Shown one piece after another: positions 38,901 through 53,239 of a stretch of 64,000 bases of DNA (position 1 is the stretch's first letter; each line of letters begins with the position of its first letter). The DNA is from Antechinus flavipes (taxonomy: Eukaryota), in the NCBI RefSeq assembly GCF_016432865.1, contig NC_067401.1, forward strand, positions 259,780,001-259,844,000. The letters run 5' to 3'. The translations under genes and the position numbers were made by a program. The notes under the pieces are model-generated. The model did no database searches and was not told where the DNA came from. It saw nothing but the letters and a program-made list of their open reading frames with translations.

Positions 38901-41059
38901 AATTGCACATAGTGGGTGCTTAATAAATTCTAACTGGACTAAGAATCAAAAAGCATAACTATTTCTTCATATACCACTATAGCATCTCAAAGGAATGGAC
39001 ACTTTAGAATGAATAAGGAAGGAGAACATCCACTAGCACTAGAGAGGTCCTTACAGTTCTTCTAGTAAATCCTTCTATTTTACTAATGAGAAAATTGAGA
39101 TCCAAAAAGCAAAAGGATTCCTTTTGGAAAGAGTTGGGATTTAAACCCAAGTCCTCTGACTTTTGAGCCAGTGGTGTTTCCACTACAACCATGATGCCTC
39201 TCCAATTCGTGCTAAAGGCAACCATCCTTCAACAGTCTCTAAATTGACTCCATCTATTATTGTCAACAAAAAGCACACACAATGATATGAAGAAGCTGCC
39301 AGGTTGTCAAGTTAGAGTCAAATCTTCATCTTTTAAAGAACAAAGCACTAGAGTACAAGCAAGGAGTAGCAAAACTCCTACATTAATCAATGAGCATTTC
39401 TAAAGCCCTTGTGATGAGCAGGGTGCTCTAATGAAGACTGGGCTTCTTCCTAGTACTTGTCACTGATGAGATACTGGCTAAAAATCCAGATTCCTGATTG
39501 ATCTGTTACAAAAACTGAAGAACAGAAACAATCTTGAGTTCTCTATGCTGTTTTCATTGATTTAGATACCACTGTTTACAAACCTACCAATATATCTAAT
39601 CTTCTGTATTGACTTGAGACAGTTGAATTCCAAGACGTTCAACTATAGCTAATTGAACTAATGTGATACCCGTTTTGATCAATCAATTCCCAGGAGATAG
39701 AGAAGCAGAATAATATGGCAAAAAGATCATTATATCTGAAGTTAGAGGAACTAGGTTCAAATTCTGATTCAGACAGTTACTACAGAAGACTGCTTAACAT
39801 TTCTGAATCTCAATTTTCTCATCTATGAAATGAAGTAGTTAGATAACTTCTAAGACACAGCTCGAAACCCAAAATGACTTTCCTGATGGAGAGAAACTTG
39901 GCTGTAAGATAGGTTAAATCTTATTCAGCATATTTCAATTCACACCAGAAAACAAGGACCTAATAATAAATTGCAGAATCATTACAGTTTCAGTTGTTCT
40001 GTCATTTTTCAGTCTTCTCTAGCTCTCTGTGATCCCATTTGGGCTTTTCTTGGCAAGAGTGGTTTATCATTTGCTTCTCTTGCTCATTTTACAGTTGAGA
40101 AAACTGAGGCAAGTAGGGTCAAGTAACTTGATCAGGATCATAGAGTTAGTAAGTATCTGAGGCCAGATTAGAACTAGGGAAGATGAGTCTTCCTGACTCC
40201 AGGCCCAGTACTCTATGTACTTTGCCACTTAGCTGCCAATCACCACAGCAGTATGATTAAATAATCAATGCAAAGAAAATTAAGATTGCCCCTCAGCCTT
40301 AAATAGGCCACTATTACACATGTCCAAAAATCTCTGCCAAGGTTGAAGAGTATACTTGAATTTTAATGCTTCAACAGTACCCTGTAAACTGACATATTAA
40401 CTAAAAGACCAAAAAATGACTGGATTATAACAAGCAATGCAGCATAGATTTGAGGATGCTCACGGACAGAACCTGATATTGGAAGTGTCACATCTGGCAG
40501 GAGCAGACAGTTGTGATTAGTGCAAATAGGTACACCAATGTGGACCAGTGCCAGTGAAGAAAAAAATTAAAGCAAAGCAGAGCTAAGTAGCCTCCAACAA
40601 AAGATAAAAAGATAAAAATGAACAACTCAATCAGAAATCCATTTAATGGCATCACTAATATTGTCATTTTCCCAGACAAGAAAACTTAAGGTCATAGGAT
40701 CATGGATTGAGAGCTAGACAGGACCTTTGAGACCATCAAATCCAATCTCTATATTTTTTTTATAAAAAGAAAACTAAGACCTAGAGAGTTTAAGTGACTT
40801 GCCCAGGATCACTAATCCTGAATACAACCCCATCTGAGTAGTCTATTCCTGCTTTAAAATCTTCCTTGCATTTTCCTCTTCTTCTCCATTCCCACTATTT
40901 CATCCATGCCCAGTTCTTTCTCATATCTTGTCAGATTACTATATCATCTTCACAGACCTCAGCACCTTCAGGTTATGAGCCCTCCAAATGATTCTAGGCA
41001 TCATTGTCAAGGAAATCTCTAATCATCTTTTTTTCCTGATGACCTCAAGAAAAAAAATT

Positions 41060-41480
41060 AATTTAATTATTTTCCCCATTAGCAAGCATTTATTTTCTTT
41101 CTTTCTCATCTGCTCCCTCCCTCAATCAATAAAAGTAAAAGAAAAGCCTTATGACAAATGTACACAGTCAGGCAAAACAATTTCTGACATTAGTTATATG
41201 TGTCTCATTGTGCACTCTAAGTCCATCACCCCTCTGTCAAGGGATGAATTGTATTCTTCATTATTTCCTCTTTGGAATCATGAATAATCATTGTGTTGAT
41301 CAAAAATCTTGTCTTTCCAAGTTTTTCATTTTTTACAATTTTATTTTTATTGTGTAAAATTGTTTTCCTAGTCTCCTCACTTCACTCCAAATCAGTTCAT
41401 ACCAGCCTGCCCAGGTTTCTGGGCATTTGATTTCATCATTCTTTATCATACAATAGTATTCCATTACATTCATATTCTGT
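41060..41480 (-). mobile_element. Old L1-type 3'UTR fragment
   Basis: cctcacttcactccaaatcagttcatac...caatagtattccattacattcata. Confidence 0.65.
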
Positions 41481-42504
41481 TTTACTAGGCCTATACCTCA
41501 TATAGAGCAAGATCAAGAAAAAGAAAAAAGACCAATAGGTATAAAAATATTTCTGGCAGAACCCTTTGGGGCAGAAAGCTAATCTTCAAACACAGCTTTC
41601 ACAGAATCACAAAACTTCACAGTAAAAAGAAATCTCAGGAGCCACCTAGTTCTACCTACACTTTAGAAGGGATCCCAGGGACAACATCTTTGACAAGAGG
41701 CTATCCATCCACCCTCTATTTGCAAATATCCAATGATAGGGGAAAACATGCCTCCTAGAGTCTTACGTTCCATTTTGGATAGTTCTCCTTGTTTTTTATT
41801 GTTATTCATTTCAGTCATGTCCAAATGTTCAAGACCCTATTTGGAGTTTTCTTAGCAAAGATACTTAAGTGGTTTGTCATTTCCTTCATTTTAGAGAAGA
41901 GGAAACTGAGGCAACAGGGTTAAGTAACTTGCTCAAGTTCACACAGCAGGTAAGTGTCTAAGACTAAATTTTTTAACTCAGATTTTCCTGACTTCCAGGC
42001 CCCGTGCTCTATCTACTGCACCAAAGTTTTATTTACATCTCACTTCATTGCTCATGGTTAAAGTAGCCTAATGTAGCAAGTCTAAGTTCATCAGACTGTT
42101 TTCAAAATCCATTAGTTAACTTTACCTCACTCACTTATCAAGTTTCATTTCCCACAATATGCCAGTAAAAATTCTCCTCTCTACTCAGAGTAGCAACTGA
42201 ACTGTTTTCTGCACTTAATTATTTAGCTGGAACCATGTGTTAATCATTCAGATATTGTTTCCTTAATAAATTATATTTTATCTATGCCTTATCTGGTTTC
42301 CTCTAAGACTTAGCTCTATAGCACATTTTATGTACCACCCCAAATGACTATATCCCTATCACCACTGTCCCACTCAGGAAGTTAATGCTTTTACTTCTAC
42401 CCAAGGTTATCTTGTATTTATCTGTAAATATGCATACATATTTATATTGACTCTCCCATAAAGTCCACATATTGACTTTATATATTCTTCAAGAACTTTG
42501 AAGG

Positions 42505-42910
42505 CAAGGATTATTTCATTTTTTATTTGTATTTCCAGTGCCTAACACAGTGCAAGCACATAGTAGTCCCTTCATAAAAGTTTGTTGAGTGAGATGGAAA
42601 AATGCCATCTGCAACATGGAGAGAATCATGGAGACTGAAGGTGGATCAAAGGATAGTATTTTCACCTTTTGTTCTTGTTGTAGTTTGTTTATCTTTCTTA
42701 TGTTTTTCTCCTTTTGATCCGATTTTTCTTGCACAACCTGACAAATTTGGAAATATGTTTAAAAGGATTGCACATATTTAACCTATATCAGATTGTTTGC
42801 TGTCTTGGAGATGGGGGAGGGAGAGAGAAAAATTTGAAACACAAAGTTTTACAAAAATGAATGTTGAAAACTATCATTACATATATTTGGAAAAAATAAA
42901 AGTTATTAAA
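42505..42910 (+). mobile_element. L1 3'UTR fragment
   Basis: gcacaacctgacaaatttggaaatatgtttaaaaggattgcacatatttaacctatatcagattg, then an A-rich tail. Confidence 0.85.
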
Positions 42911-43169
42911 AACTGGGGGAAAGTTTGTTGATTGATTTTTTTTTTTGTATTATAAGATTCTGGTCCACATCTTTTCATATGCCCTACATAGAGGATTCTC
43001 GAAATGCATAGATCTTCCATTGGTTCTTTTAACATTTTGAAGATACCAAAAAGCCTAAGATTGTCAATTATAGAATTTCAGATCAATCAATCTGAGCTAT
43101 AAATTTATGTGACACACAATCTGAGCTCTACTTCTGGAATTGTTTTATTCCTTGCCTTGAGTCTCTCCC

Positions 43170-44430
43170 CACTCTAGCTCATCCTCCATTGAGATGCCAA
43201 AATGGTTTTCCTAAAGCTCAGATCTAATCGTGTCATCACCCAGCACTCAATAAATTTCCTCTTATTCCAAAATGCAGTATAAAATCCTGTTTGGCATTTG
43301 AAGCTCTTCACAACACAGCCTCATCCTATCTTTCCACTCTTCTCATATTCTATGCATTCTACAACCCAGTTACACATTACTTCTTGCAAAAGAAATTCCA
43401 TCTACTTACTCTCTGAGTTATCACTGACAGTTCCTCATACCCCATCTTTATCTCCTAGTTTCCCTGACTTCCTTCAAGACTTAGATCAACTCATAAAAAA
43501 GGGAAAAGGACCCACATATGCAAAAATGTTTGTAGCAGCCCCTTTTGTAGTGGCAAGGTACTGGAAAGTGAGTGGATGCCCATCAATTGGAAAATGGCTG
43601 AATAAGTTATGGAATATGAATGTTATGGAATATTATTGTTCTATAAGAAATGATCAGCAGGATGATGTCAGAGAGACCTGGAGAAACTTACATGAACTGA
43701 TGCTAAGTGAAATGAGTAGAATGAGGAGATCATTATACACGGCAACAACAAAATTATGTCATGATCAATTCTGATGGACTTGGCTCTTTTCAACAGTGAG
43801 GTGATTCAGGCCAGTTCCAATGATCTTGTGATGGAGAGAGCCATCCACATCCGGAGAGAAGACTGTGGGAACTGAGGGTGGGTCAAACACAGTATTTTTA
43901 CCTTTTGTGTTGTTGTTTGTTTGCTTTTTTGTTTTTTTTCTCATTTTTTCCCTTCTTGATCTGATTTTTTTGTGTGTAGCAAGATAATTGCGAAAATATG
44001 TGTAGAAGAATTGCACATATTTAAACATAGCAGATTACTCACTGTCTAGGGGAAGGATGGGGGGAGGGAAGGAGAAAAAATTTGGAACACAAGATTTTGC
44101 AAGGGTAAATGTTGAAAATGGCCTTTGCATATATTTAGAAAATAAAAAGCTACTATTAAAAAAAAAAAACTTAGCTCAAATCCTACCTTCTGTAATAAGC
44201 CCTTTTCAGTCCCTCTCATTCACTGCTAGTGCCTTCTTTCTACATTTTCCTTAATAGTACTAACAGCAACTAGCATTTATATAATCTTGACTTTATACAT
44301 ATAGATATATATATAATTGAAAAATACTTTACAATTTGTATTCCATCTGCCTGCATTAGATTGTGAACTCCATGAAGACAGACCATGCTTAGCACAGTCC
44401 CTGTGTTTAACAAATGCTTGTTGACTCACA
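43170..44430 (+). mobile_element. L2 3' fragment interrupted by an L1
   Basis: ttttcctaaagctcagatctaa...ggcatttgaagctcttcacaac on the left; ttagattgtgaactcc...aacaaatgcttgttgact terminus on the right. Confidence 0.75.
43493..44169 (+). mobile_element. 5'-truncated L1 with TSD
   Basis: Reads KGKGPTYAKMFVAAPFVVA...WLNKLW...YYCSIRND (ORF2p C-terminus), then 3'UTR and poly-A; TSD cttagatcaactc (43480-43492) / cttagctcaaatc (44170-44182). Confidence 0.93.
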
Positions 44431-46734
44431 GAGTGGCTAAAAATCTGGCTATTCTCCATCTTCTACAAGAGATGTTAGTCTGTAAACTAGAAATGTCTTC
44501 AGAATGGTAAAATTGCTTATTACTCTCCATAAGCATCTTAAGGCAAAATATCCAAATGCCCCATTAATTGATGGGGTTTTTTTGGCCTTTGGATAAATAA
44601 TAATGACAGCTAGAATTTATATAGTAACTTTAGGTTTGTAGTGTCAGACATACACATATATATACATATAATTTCATTTGAGCTTCAAAACAATCCTATG
44701 AGGTAAGAAGGATAATTATCTACGTTATCAGATAAGAAAACTGAGGCTGAGAAGAATTTACCCAGAGTCATGTAGCTAATAAATGTCTAAGGCAGAATTT
44801 AAAGTCCTCTTCCTGCCTTTACCCCCAGTATTCAATCATATTGTACCATTAGCTGCCAATAAGACCAATTCCTTTAATCACTTTTCCATAAATTCTATTT
44901 AGCTGTACCTACTTCATGTTTTCTGTTTCTTTAATAGCAAGAATTTCAATATGGCCATTATTCATTTCATCTAAAAATGTTTTACCTCCTCCATCATTGG
45001 TCAAGGAATATTGAATACCACTAGCTAACTTAAGGTTTATAAAAAGCCTAAACTAATGACTATGTGACTATGTATCCTCTGCCCCTCCTTTCCCACTACT
45101 TCTGGTACTTCAGAAGAGAGAACATGATAATAACAATATATTCTCCACATGGCAATAGATATTATGGCTTGGGAGAAAGAACTCTAGATTTGCAATAAGA
45201 AAATCTAGATTGGAATTCTATGTATAATCTTTGACCAAGTCCTTCGATTCTTAATTCATACAATGAGCAAGTTGAATAAGATCACTTGCAAAGATCCTTC
45301 TAGCCCTAAAACTGTGAGCTCTGTATAACCTGTTTTACCTCTCACCATGGCCAAAAAAGTTGGCCACCTCTGAGCCAGCCTTCTGGTAATGAACCTTCCT
45401 ACAATTAGTTCAGTCTTCAGAGAGCAGTCAGTTGCTCTGACTGTACTTTCCAGTTAGATAGAACATTGCCTCCCCCAGATGGTTTTTTATTATTCCTTAA
45501 AATTTTTTGTTAGACTTGTCTTTTGTTTATGATCTTGAGGGTATCTTTAATTAGTTTCTTTTCCTCATTTTTTGTGTAGAATAGGTTGACAAATCCTATT
45601 AATTCCATCCTAAATCCTTTCTCTCCTTTTTTCCATATACTACCAACCTATTAAAAGCCCTCATTATTGGCTGCTTATTATTGCAATAGCCTTGTTACAG
45701 GTCTCACTTTCTCCCTCCATTCTTCTCTTCAATCCATCCTTCAGACTACTACCAGGATATTTCTCCTACACAGATTGGTCACACTAATTCTCTGTTCCAA
45801 AAAATTTTGGTGGTGCTTTATTGCTTAATATCAACAATGAAATAGAAAGTTACTATCTCTGGACTCAAAAGACCTAGATTCAATTAATCTCTAACTCTTA
45901 CTAGTTGTATGACCCTGGTCAAATCATTTAATCTTACTTAGGTTTCAGTTTCCTCATCTGAAAAATGAAGTTTTAGAACTGAGCCCCACTTCTAACTATA
46001 TATTTTTATGAGACCACAAGGCTAAAGTCATTGAATCATTAAGTTCCTTTACAGCAGGGCCCTCCTGTGTACTCATTCATCGTTTTAAATATTGTCTAGT
46101 GTTTATCTTTTTAATGTTCATGTTCTGATTCCAATTGATTGCAAGCCCTTTGAAGCCAAGACTCTGTTCACAGTTAGATTCAGAAAACATAGATTGGCCT
46201 GTGGGACATTTAGCCAATGTTATTGACCTGTTGGGGCAAGAACTGGGTTGTGTTAACCATTTGAAAGTCAGTCCTGGTTATCACTTGTATGATATATAGT
46301 GAATATTGTTGTTTCAGGCAAAAGCCATTGATGAGATAGGAAGCAAAAGTCAGGGACCTGTGTTGCCAGTGCAGGACCCAAGAGTAGCTCAGAGTAAAAG
46401 ACTGGCTCCAAGATAAGATCAAAGGACACAAAGGAAGCAAATAGTTAGAGGTAAATTGGATGAATCTGAGAAAACCATAATACTTTAATAAATTTCTAAA
46501 AAGCAATAGTAAATAAGACTCCTTTTAACATAGAGTTAATTTAGGACCCAAATAACTCTGAACCCAATGTAAAAACATTTTGTAGCTCTTGATCACTTAC
46601 CCATAATTTTGGCCACCTCCGTTCTTTTCTGCCTTGAATGCCTGAATATTAGAAATTTGCATTGACTTATGTCAAACTCTCACCTTATCTCAACAATTAG
46701 ACAAGAAGATTTCTTTTTTTCCTTACTTAATATT

Positions 46735-47245
46735 TTCTCCAATTACATGTAAAGATAATCTTCAACATCTTTTATTTTTAAATTTATTTTATTTGAATAA
46801 ACAAAATAAGCAAATATAATAATAAGCAAAAATAAAAACAGAAAAGCAATACAAAACAAAATGAAACAAAACAAAAGAGAACATTATCATGTGCCCAACA
46901 GAACATTAGGGAGGATTCAAAACATGTAAAAAGTACCAATTTAAGAAAGTATATATATTAGTAGAAGAAATTATAATCATGAGTGTCCATTTTTTCTTTA
47001 CTTCCTTGTTCCTTAAATTGTTCTTTTGTTCTCTGCTGCACACTTTATTTACTTTACTCTTCCCTCCCATTCATCCCCACTCTCACTCCAAGCAGACTAT
47101 AGTTAAGAAAGAATATATTTATATAGAGAAAGAGATAGATATATATATTATATTTACACACACATAGACACATACATATCTCTTTTATTCCCCCACTACC
47201 TTCAAGCAAACTACAGTTAAGAAAAGATAAATTTATGTGTGTGTG

Positions 47246-47276
<31 letters not shown>

Positions 47277-47503
47277 ATGTGTGTGTGTGTACATACATAC
47301 ACTCATACACACACATACTCCAGATAATATACATGTCTTTCCTATCTCTACTGACTCTAAATAAATTCCACTCCATAACTTGGCTTACTATTACTTAACT
47401 TCCCCCCACTTAGGGATCCCTCCCTTGTCTTCTTCCCTCACCCTTTGCTTTTCCATCCACCTATCCCTCCTCCTTTATTTCTTTATAGATTTTGGAAGGT
47501 GCA

Positions 47504-47560
<57 letters not shown>

Positions 47561-48545
47561 CCTATTGAACTACTGAACTCATTCCTGATATGAATAGGTT
47601 TTCAGAACTACAAGCTCTCCTCCCCCATCTAATGCCTCTGTGTCTGTTCTTCCTCTATACCTCATTTGTATTCTATGATTACTATTTTTACCTTTACTCT
47701 GCTAATCTTTCTTCTGAGCTTATCCTATTGTTGATGTAAATCCTAAACATAAAGCATACATTTCTCATGTAAAAAAAAAAAATAAACAATTTGTCCATTA
47801 TTTAATTTGTCCATGTTGAGTTCCTTAAAACAACATCCCTTTTTCCAAGATTTTGTGCTGTGAATTTTTTCTCTCCCTCCCTTCCTTACCTCTCCCCTCC
47901 CTAAGACAGCAAGCAATCTGATATAGGTTATACATGTGTGATCATTTTAAACATTCCCATATTAGTCGTATTGTGAAAGAAAAATCAAAACAAAAGGGAA
48001 AAATCATGAGAAAGAGAAAAAATGATCTGAATTCAATCTCCATAATTCTCTTTCTGGATGGCATTTTCCATCCCAAGTCTATTGGAATTGTCTTTAATCA
48101 CTTTATTGATGAGAAAAGTCAAGTCTGTTATATAGTTGATCAGATACAATCTTGCTATTACTGTGTACAGTGTTTTCCTGGTTCTGCTCACTTAACTTAG
48201 TATCAGTTCATGAAAGTTTTTGCAGGCTTTTCTGGAATCAGCCTGTTCATTATTTTTTATAGAACAATAGTATTCCATTACATTCATATATCACAACTTA
48301 TTCAACCAATCCCCAATTGATGGAGAATTTCCAATTCCTTATCACTACCAAAAAAAAAAAAAAAAAAACTGCTTCAAACATTTTTGCACATGTGAGTCCT
48401 TTTCTCTCCTTTCTGATCTCTTTGAGATATGGACCCAGTAGCAGCACTACTGGATCAAAAGGTATGCACAGTTTGATAGTCCTTTGGGCATACTTCCAAA
48501 TTGCTCTCCAGAATGGCTGAATCAGTTCACAACACCAAAAACAAT
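46735..48545 (-). mobile_element. Adjacent or nested L1 3' fragments with microsatellites
   Basis: L1 3'UTR motifs at ~46735, ~46790-47750 and ~47840-48545; ORF2 tail in ORF 48298-48597 (QRTIKLCIPFDP). Confidence 0.8.
47506..47557. repeat. (AT)26 microsatellite
   Basis: Direct reading. Confidence 0.97.
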
Positions 48546-48566
48546 CAGTCTCTAAAATATCAAAGC

Positions 48567-48570
<4 letters not shown>

Positions 48571-48600
<30 letters not shown>
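48571..48600. repeat. (CA)15 microsatellite
   Basis: Direct reading. Confidence 0.97.
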
Positions 48601-48601
<1 letters not shown>

Positions 48602-48759
48602 TCTCATTTGATCTTCATAACAATTCCGTGACCATTTAGTTTGATTATTAATGTAGCTATTATAGTTGACTATAACATAAATTACAAGAGCTTTTCTTAC
48701 CTCGTCTGAAAAACTTCATTGAATAATCTGTCCTCCCTTAGAATTAGAGTCAATTTACT

Positions 48760-49930
48760 TTTTTGGTTCTCCTCTTGATTAGTCAGTTCCTCCTAGAACC
48801 TTTTGAGAAAACCATTTTGAGAAAGTGCTCAGGCTCATCATATTTACTCCCTCATTCCACTCAACACTCCCCTCCAGACCTATCTCTCCACCATTTTCCA
48901 GCAACCTCCTCACCCAAGAAGATCCTTTACCACCGTGTCTCAGAAGTCTCATCATCCAGAAGATGTTTCTATACTTGTGGCCCTTTCTTGTGAAGGTTCA
49001 ATTCCTCCTGGATCATTCATTTTAAGAAAAAGCTCAAGCCAGCCATGTTCATACCTTCATTCCTCTCTAGATCCTTCTCCTGTCTATTTCTGGTTTCACC
49101 ATGCTGTGACTTTAGTAACTTCACCAGTCTTCAAATTTCTTCTATATATTATCTTTCCCCATTAGAGTTTAAGCTCCTGTTTTCTTTTTTGTTTGTATTA
49201 TATTCTTACCATTTAGCACAGTATCTGGGCACATAATAGGCATCTAATAAGTGAATATTGACTTGTTAACTTACCCCTATAACTGCTCTATCTCTATGTC
49301 CTTTGTTGGCTTTTGATTCTCTTCAATATACCTCATGAAAGGGTCTGCTTCTATATTCTTTTTAATCTCTACCTTCTCATCTTTATTTAATCCCACAATT
49401 TCACTTACCACCACTATATCAAAGACTCCCAAATCTGTATCTCTGAGTGTTGGTTTCTTTTTAAAATTCTGTATCTGCATTTCTAGTTGCCTACAGGACA
49501 TTTACACCCAAGTGTTCCACTAACATTCCCCAAACTCATCATGTCTAAAACAGAACACATTCTCTTTCTCCCTAAATCTGTTTCTCCTTCTGTCTTTAGT
49601 CAATTTTCTATGATACCATCATCAATTCAGTCTCTCCAATTTGTAATTTTGCTGTTTTTTTCCTCTCCCTCACTTCTCTTTTCCAAATAATTTCTAGATC
49701 TTATCAATTCTATACATACATTCCTCTCAAATCTGTCCTTTCCTCTTTTACCCCACTACCAACACAACAAAACAAATTCTAATTATTCTCTACCTCATCT
49801 ATTGTACGAGACTTTTTATAGGTTTTCCTGACTCCATTCTCTCCTTGTTCTAATTAGTCCTTATTACCACTGCATGAATAATATTTCATCTTGATCTGGT
49901 CACATCACTCTTATATTCAAAGAATTTAAA
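48760..49930 (+). mobile_element. L2 LINE fragments
   Basis: Pyrimidine-rich L2 motifs (gactcccaaatctgtatctct, cccaaactcatcatgtctaaaacagaac) and an L2 terminus near 49200-49270. Confidence 0.7.
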
Positions 49931-52900
49931 TGGATTATTATTGCTGCTATCATTATTATTGTTGCTTTTGCTGCTGCAGTTGTTAAGTGGCTCAGTGAAT
50001 AGAGGGCTAGGCCTAGGAGTCAGACAGTCCTGGGTTCAAATTCAGCCTCAGATACTTATTAGTTGTGTGATCCTAGGAAAGTTGCTTATCTACCATATGC
50101 CTCAGTCCCCTCAAAAGGGGACAATAATAGCATCTCTACACCTCCCCCCAGGAATGTGGTTAGGCTCAAATAAGCTATTTATAAACCATTAACACAATAC
50201 CTTACAAATAGTAAGTACTTAATAAATGCTTATTCCCATTAGTGCTTTCCAAGAGGCAGCACAGTATTTGTACTGTGAAAGAGTATTAGATTTGAAGTTA
50301 AAAAACACAAGTCAAATCTTTACCCTTGCTTACTATCAGAATCTGGACACTTGACCTTTTAGTTTCTTTATCTCTAAAATGGGAACAATAATAGCAACTC
50401 TATTTCCCAGGGATTTTTTGAGGATCAATTCCAAGTCTATTTGTAGAATCCTGGATAAATATTTCAACTCCCTGTCCCTGTGGCTCCTCACCTATAAAAT
50501 GGCAGGATTAGATAAGGTGACTACTGAGTTTCCTTCCAACTCTAAACCTATGATCCTCTTCCTGGTATTTAAAATCTTCCACAATCTAACACCACTATTC
50601 ACTCCACTGTTATCTGATATTTTTCTCTTCATGCATCCTATACCCTCTGCCAACCTTGGCAACTCTCTACTATTCTAGTGTATCATGTTTCCATCCCTTT
50701 GATTAAACTACCTCCTATACCTAGGGTAATCCATACTCTATTTTTGTCTGATGAATTCCTACCTATACTTAAGAACCATTCTCTATCCTTCCTCCCACCA
50801 TTTATAATGAAGCTAACTAACAGCACTCATATAGTACTTAGCTTTATAATTCTCTAATATTCACCTCATTTCATATGGCATATTTAATTATCAGAACTAT
50901 TATCTTTTTCCCTTAGTAAGATTATCAGCTCTTGAGTCAAGGATTTAGCTAAACTTTGTATTTACCCCATTGCCTACAATAGTGTTTAAAAATATTTTTT
51001 AGTACATGTTCTCAAATTCTTAATTCTCCTGTTATATCCTACCCATAGCTAGTCCAAAACATTTGGGCAATTTGGGACAATTACTGCTTAGGGCAAAAGT
51101 AGGTTTCAAACTGGGAGGAAACAAGGTAAAAGTCACAAACCAAGCAGGTTATTACTAGGGTATCTGCAAAGGAACAAAATCTAAAGAAATGAAACCAGAA
51201 AATTAGTGGCTGGTGCAAAGATTCAGGCCAGGAAATATGAATCTAATAAAGAACCAGAGTTTCCAGGAATGTCAAGCAGCTGATTATTTTTCTAGATCAA
51301 CCTCTCTCTTCTTTTTTTCAAATTTGTAATTAAATGTTTAATTAGAACTTAACATTGAACATACAAACAACTAAACATGCATAGTAATAAATCCATTTTT
51401 CTCTGCATTAGGTAAAGGCATGAAGCTTCTTCATTCATCCTTCCTCACTCATGACTTCTGAAATGTTTCTCATCATCAATGATAACAGTATGTTACTTCT
51501 GATATGTTTCTAATCATTCCCACCTTTAAATTGAAGTCACCAAGTATTAAAGGATATGTTGATTTAATCTGGAGACTCTTATGGGTTCTCAAATAATTTC
51601 TCTTCATTTTCTACACCTGGTGATAGTTCATGGCAGTAATTATTTTCATGGTTGTTATTTCTCAAAAACTTATTTAAAATATTGAAGTGGTGATCAAATG
51701 TCCCATGAAATAATATTTCTTATTGCTTTTGGATATATCATCAAACTCATTCTGACAATTTCACATGATTGGCTTATAGATACATCACTAGATTTGGAAT
51801 GAAGAAGACCAGAGTTAGAGTGCTGCATCAGACATTGCCTAGCTGCAATGAATCTGAGCATTTAAACCTCTCTTTATCTCAGTTTTCTTACATGTAAAAT
51901 AGGGATAATAACAGCACCTACTTCCCAGGATTGTTGAAAAGGTCAAATGAGGTAATATGTGTAAAGGACTTTAAAAATTTTAAAGTGTTTATTATTGTTA
52001 TTGATACTATTATCATTCTAGTTTACTCCTCCAAAGAATACTTGTGATTCATCCTTCTATATAATTCAAAGGAAGGAAATAATAAGGATTTTTATAGTAA
52101 TTACTGTGTGCCAGACACTGTACTAAGCAACCTACAAATATTATATCATTTGAAAGATACCAAAGGGATGGGTGAAAAAATGTTGGACCTTATTAATACT
52201 GCAAAAGGGCAACTGAGAGAATGTCAGAAACTACTGACCTTTATATTCAATATTCCATTTATACAAAATCTTTATGAGACCCTTAATATTCCATCTATAC
52301 AAAATCTTTATGAGACTCATCTCTAATTTTCTTCTTCCTTAACTTTCTTCTATGAAAAGAATGTTGAGATCAATTTTAATTCAGTTCTTTGAGTAGTATG
52401 TCTAGTCCTTTGGGTCATTGAACAAGGATTTATAGACAATCTTTTTAAAAGTGTGATTTTTTTTTTTTTAGTACTTTCTAGCTACTTTTCTGCTGCTCTG
52501 CCACTATCACTGAAGATGCAGAAGGGGCGGATCAAGGGACATGTTATTATAGTTGCTCTTGTTGTTGCTTTCCTGGTTTTCTGGGTTGCTTTGGCTAAAG
52601 AATTTATCACTAAGTGGCCAAATCATTTGGTATATACTTAGCTGATTCTTGAAGGAAATTCAGTCTGTTGCCAAGATCACACTTCATCATGATTACTTTT
52701 TTACATAATAATAAAGACTGGTAGGCACTGGTTATGACAAATACTCAATAACATCACAAAATACAAAACTGATTATGTTTTAACAGACAGAAGAAGACTT
52801 ATTATTAACATAAGTGTCAACCCTGATTCAGCTCTCTGTATACAGTTAGGCAACTATTTTGTTAGAGTAAAGATCAGAATTAATTTTTTTCTAAAACCTA

Positions 52901-53239
52901 GAAAAAAGAATAATGACCAAAAGAGAAGCATAAAACTGGAAAAAAAAAACTCACTCCTGACCTATTTAAACTACTGAAATTGAAAAAAAAAATGTATAAA
53001 GCAATAGTAAGAATAGCAACAATGATGATGTTAATGATCATCATAATAATAATGGCTAGTAAGTGCTTGAGGCAATCTTTGAACTCAAGCCTTCCTAACT
53101 CCAGATCCAGTACTCTAATCATTATGCCATCTACCTACCCTTAAATTATAATAATCTTGTATAAAAGTTCAAACCAATGTAAAACTAATGTTTTGGTCCA
53201 AGAGACCAAAAAAGTTTTAATCAATATACCCTTGACTTA

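Noticed and set aside
40461-40473. RE1/NRSE-like cacggacagaacc
   Set aside because: Only the right half-site matches; the TTCAGCAC half is absent
43298-43774. 158-aa ORF with a protein-like C-terminus
   Set aside because: Chance fusion of L2-derived sequence to an L1 ORF2p tail; TTG start
46318-46450. Possible plus-strand exon (ttgtttcag|...gag|gtaaat)
   Set aside because: Stops in all three frames and no supporting neighbouring exons
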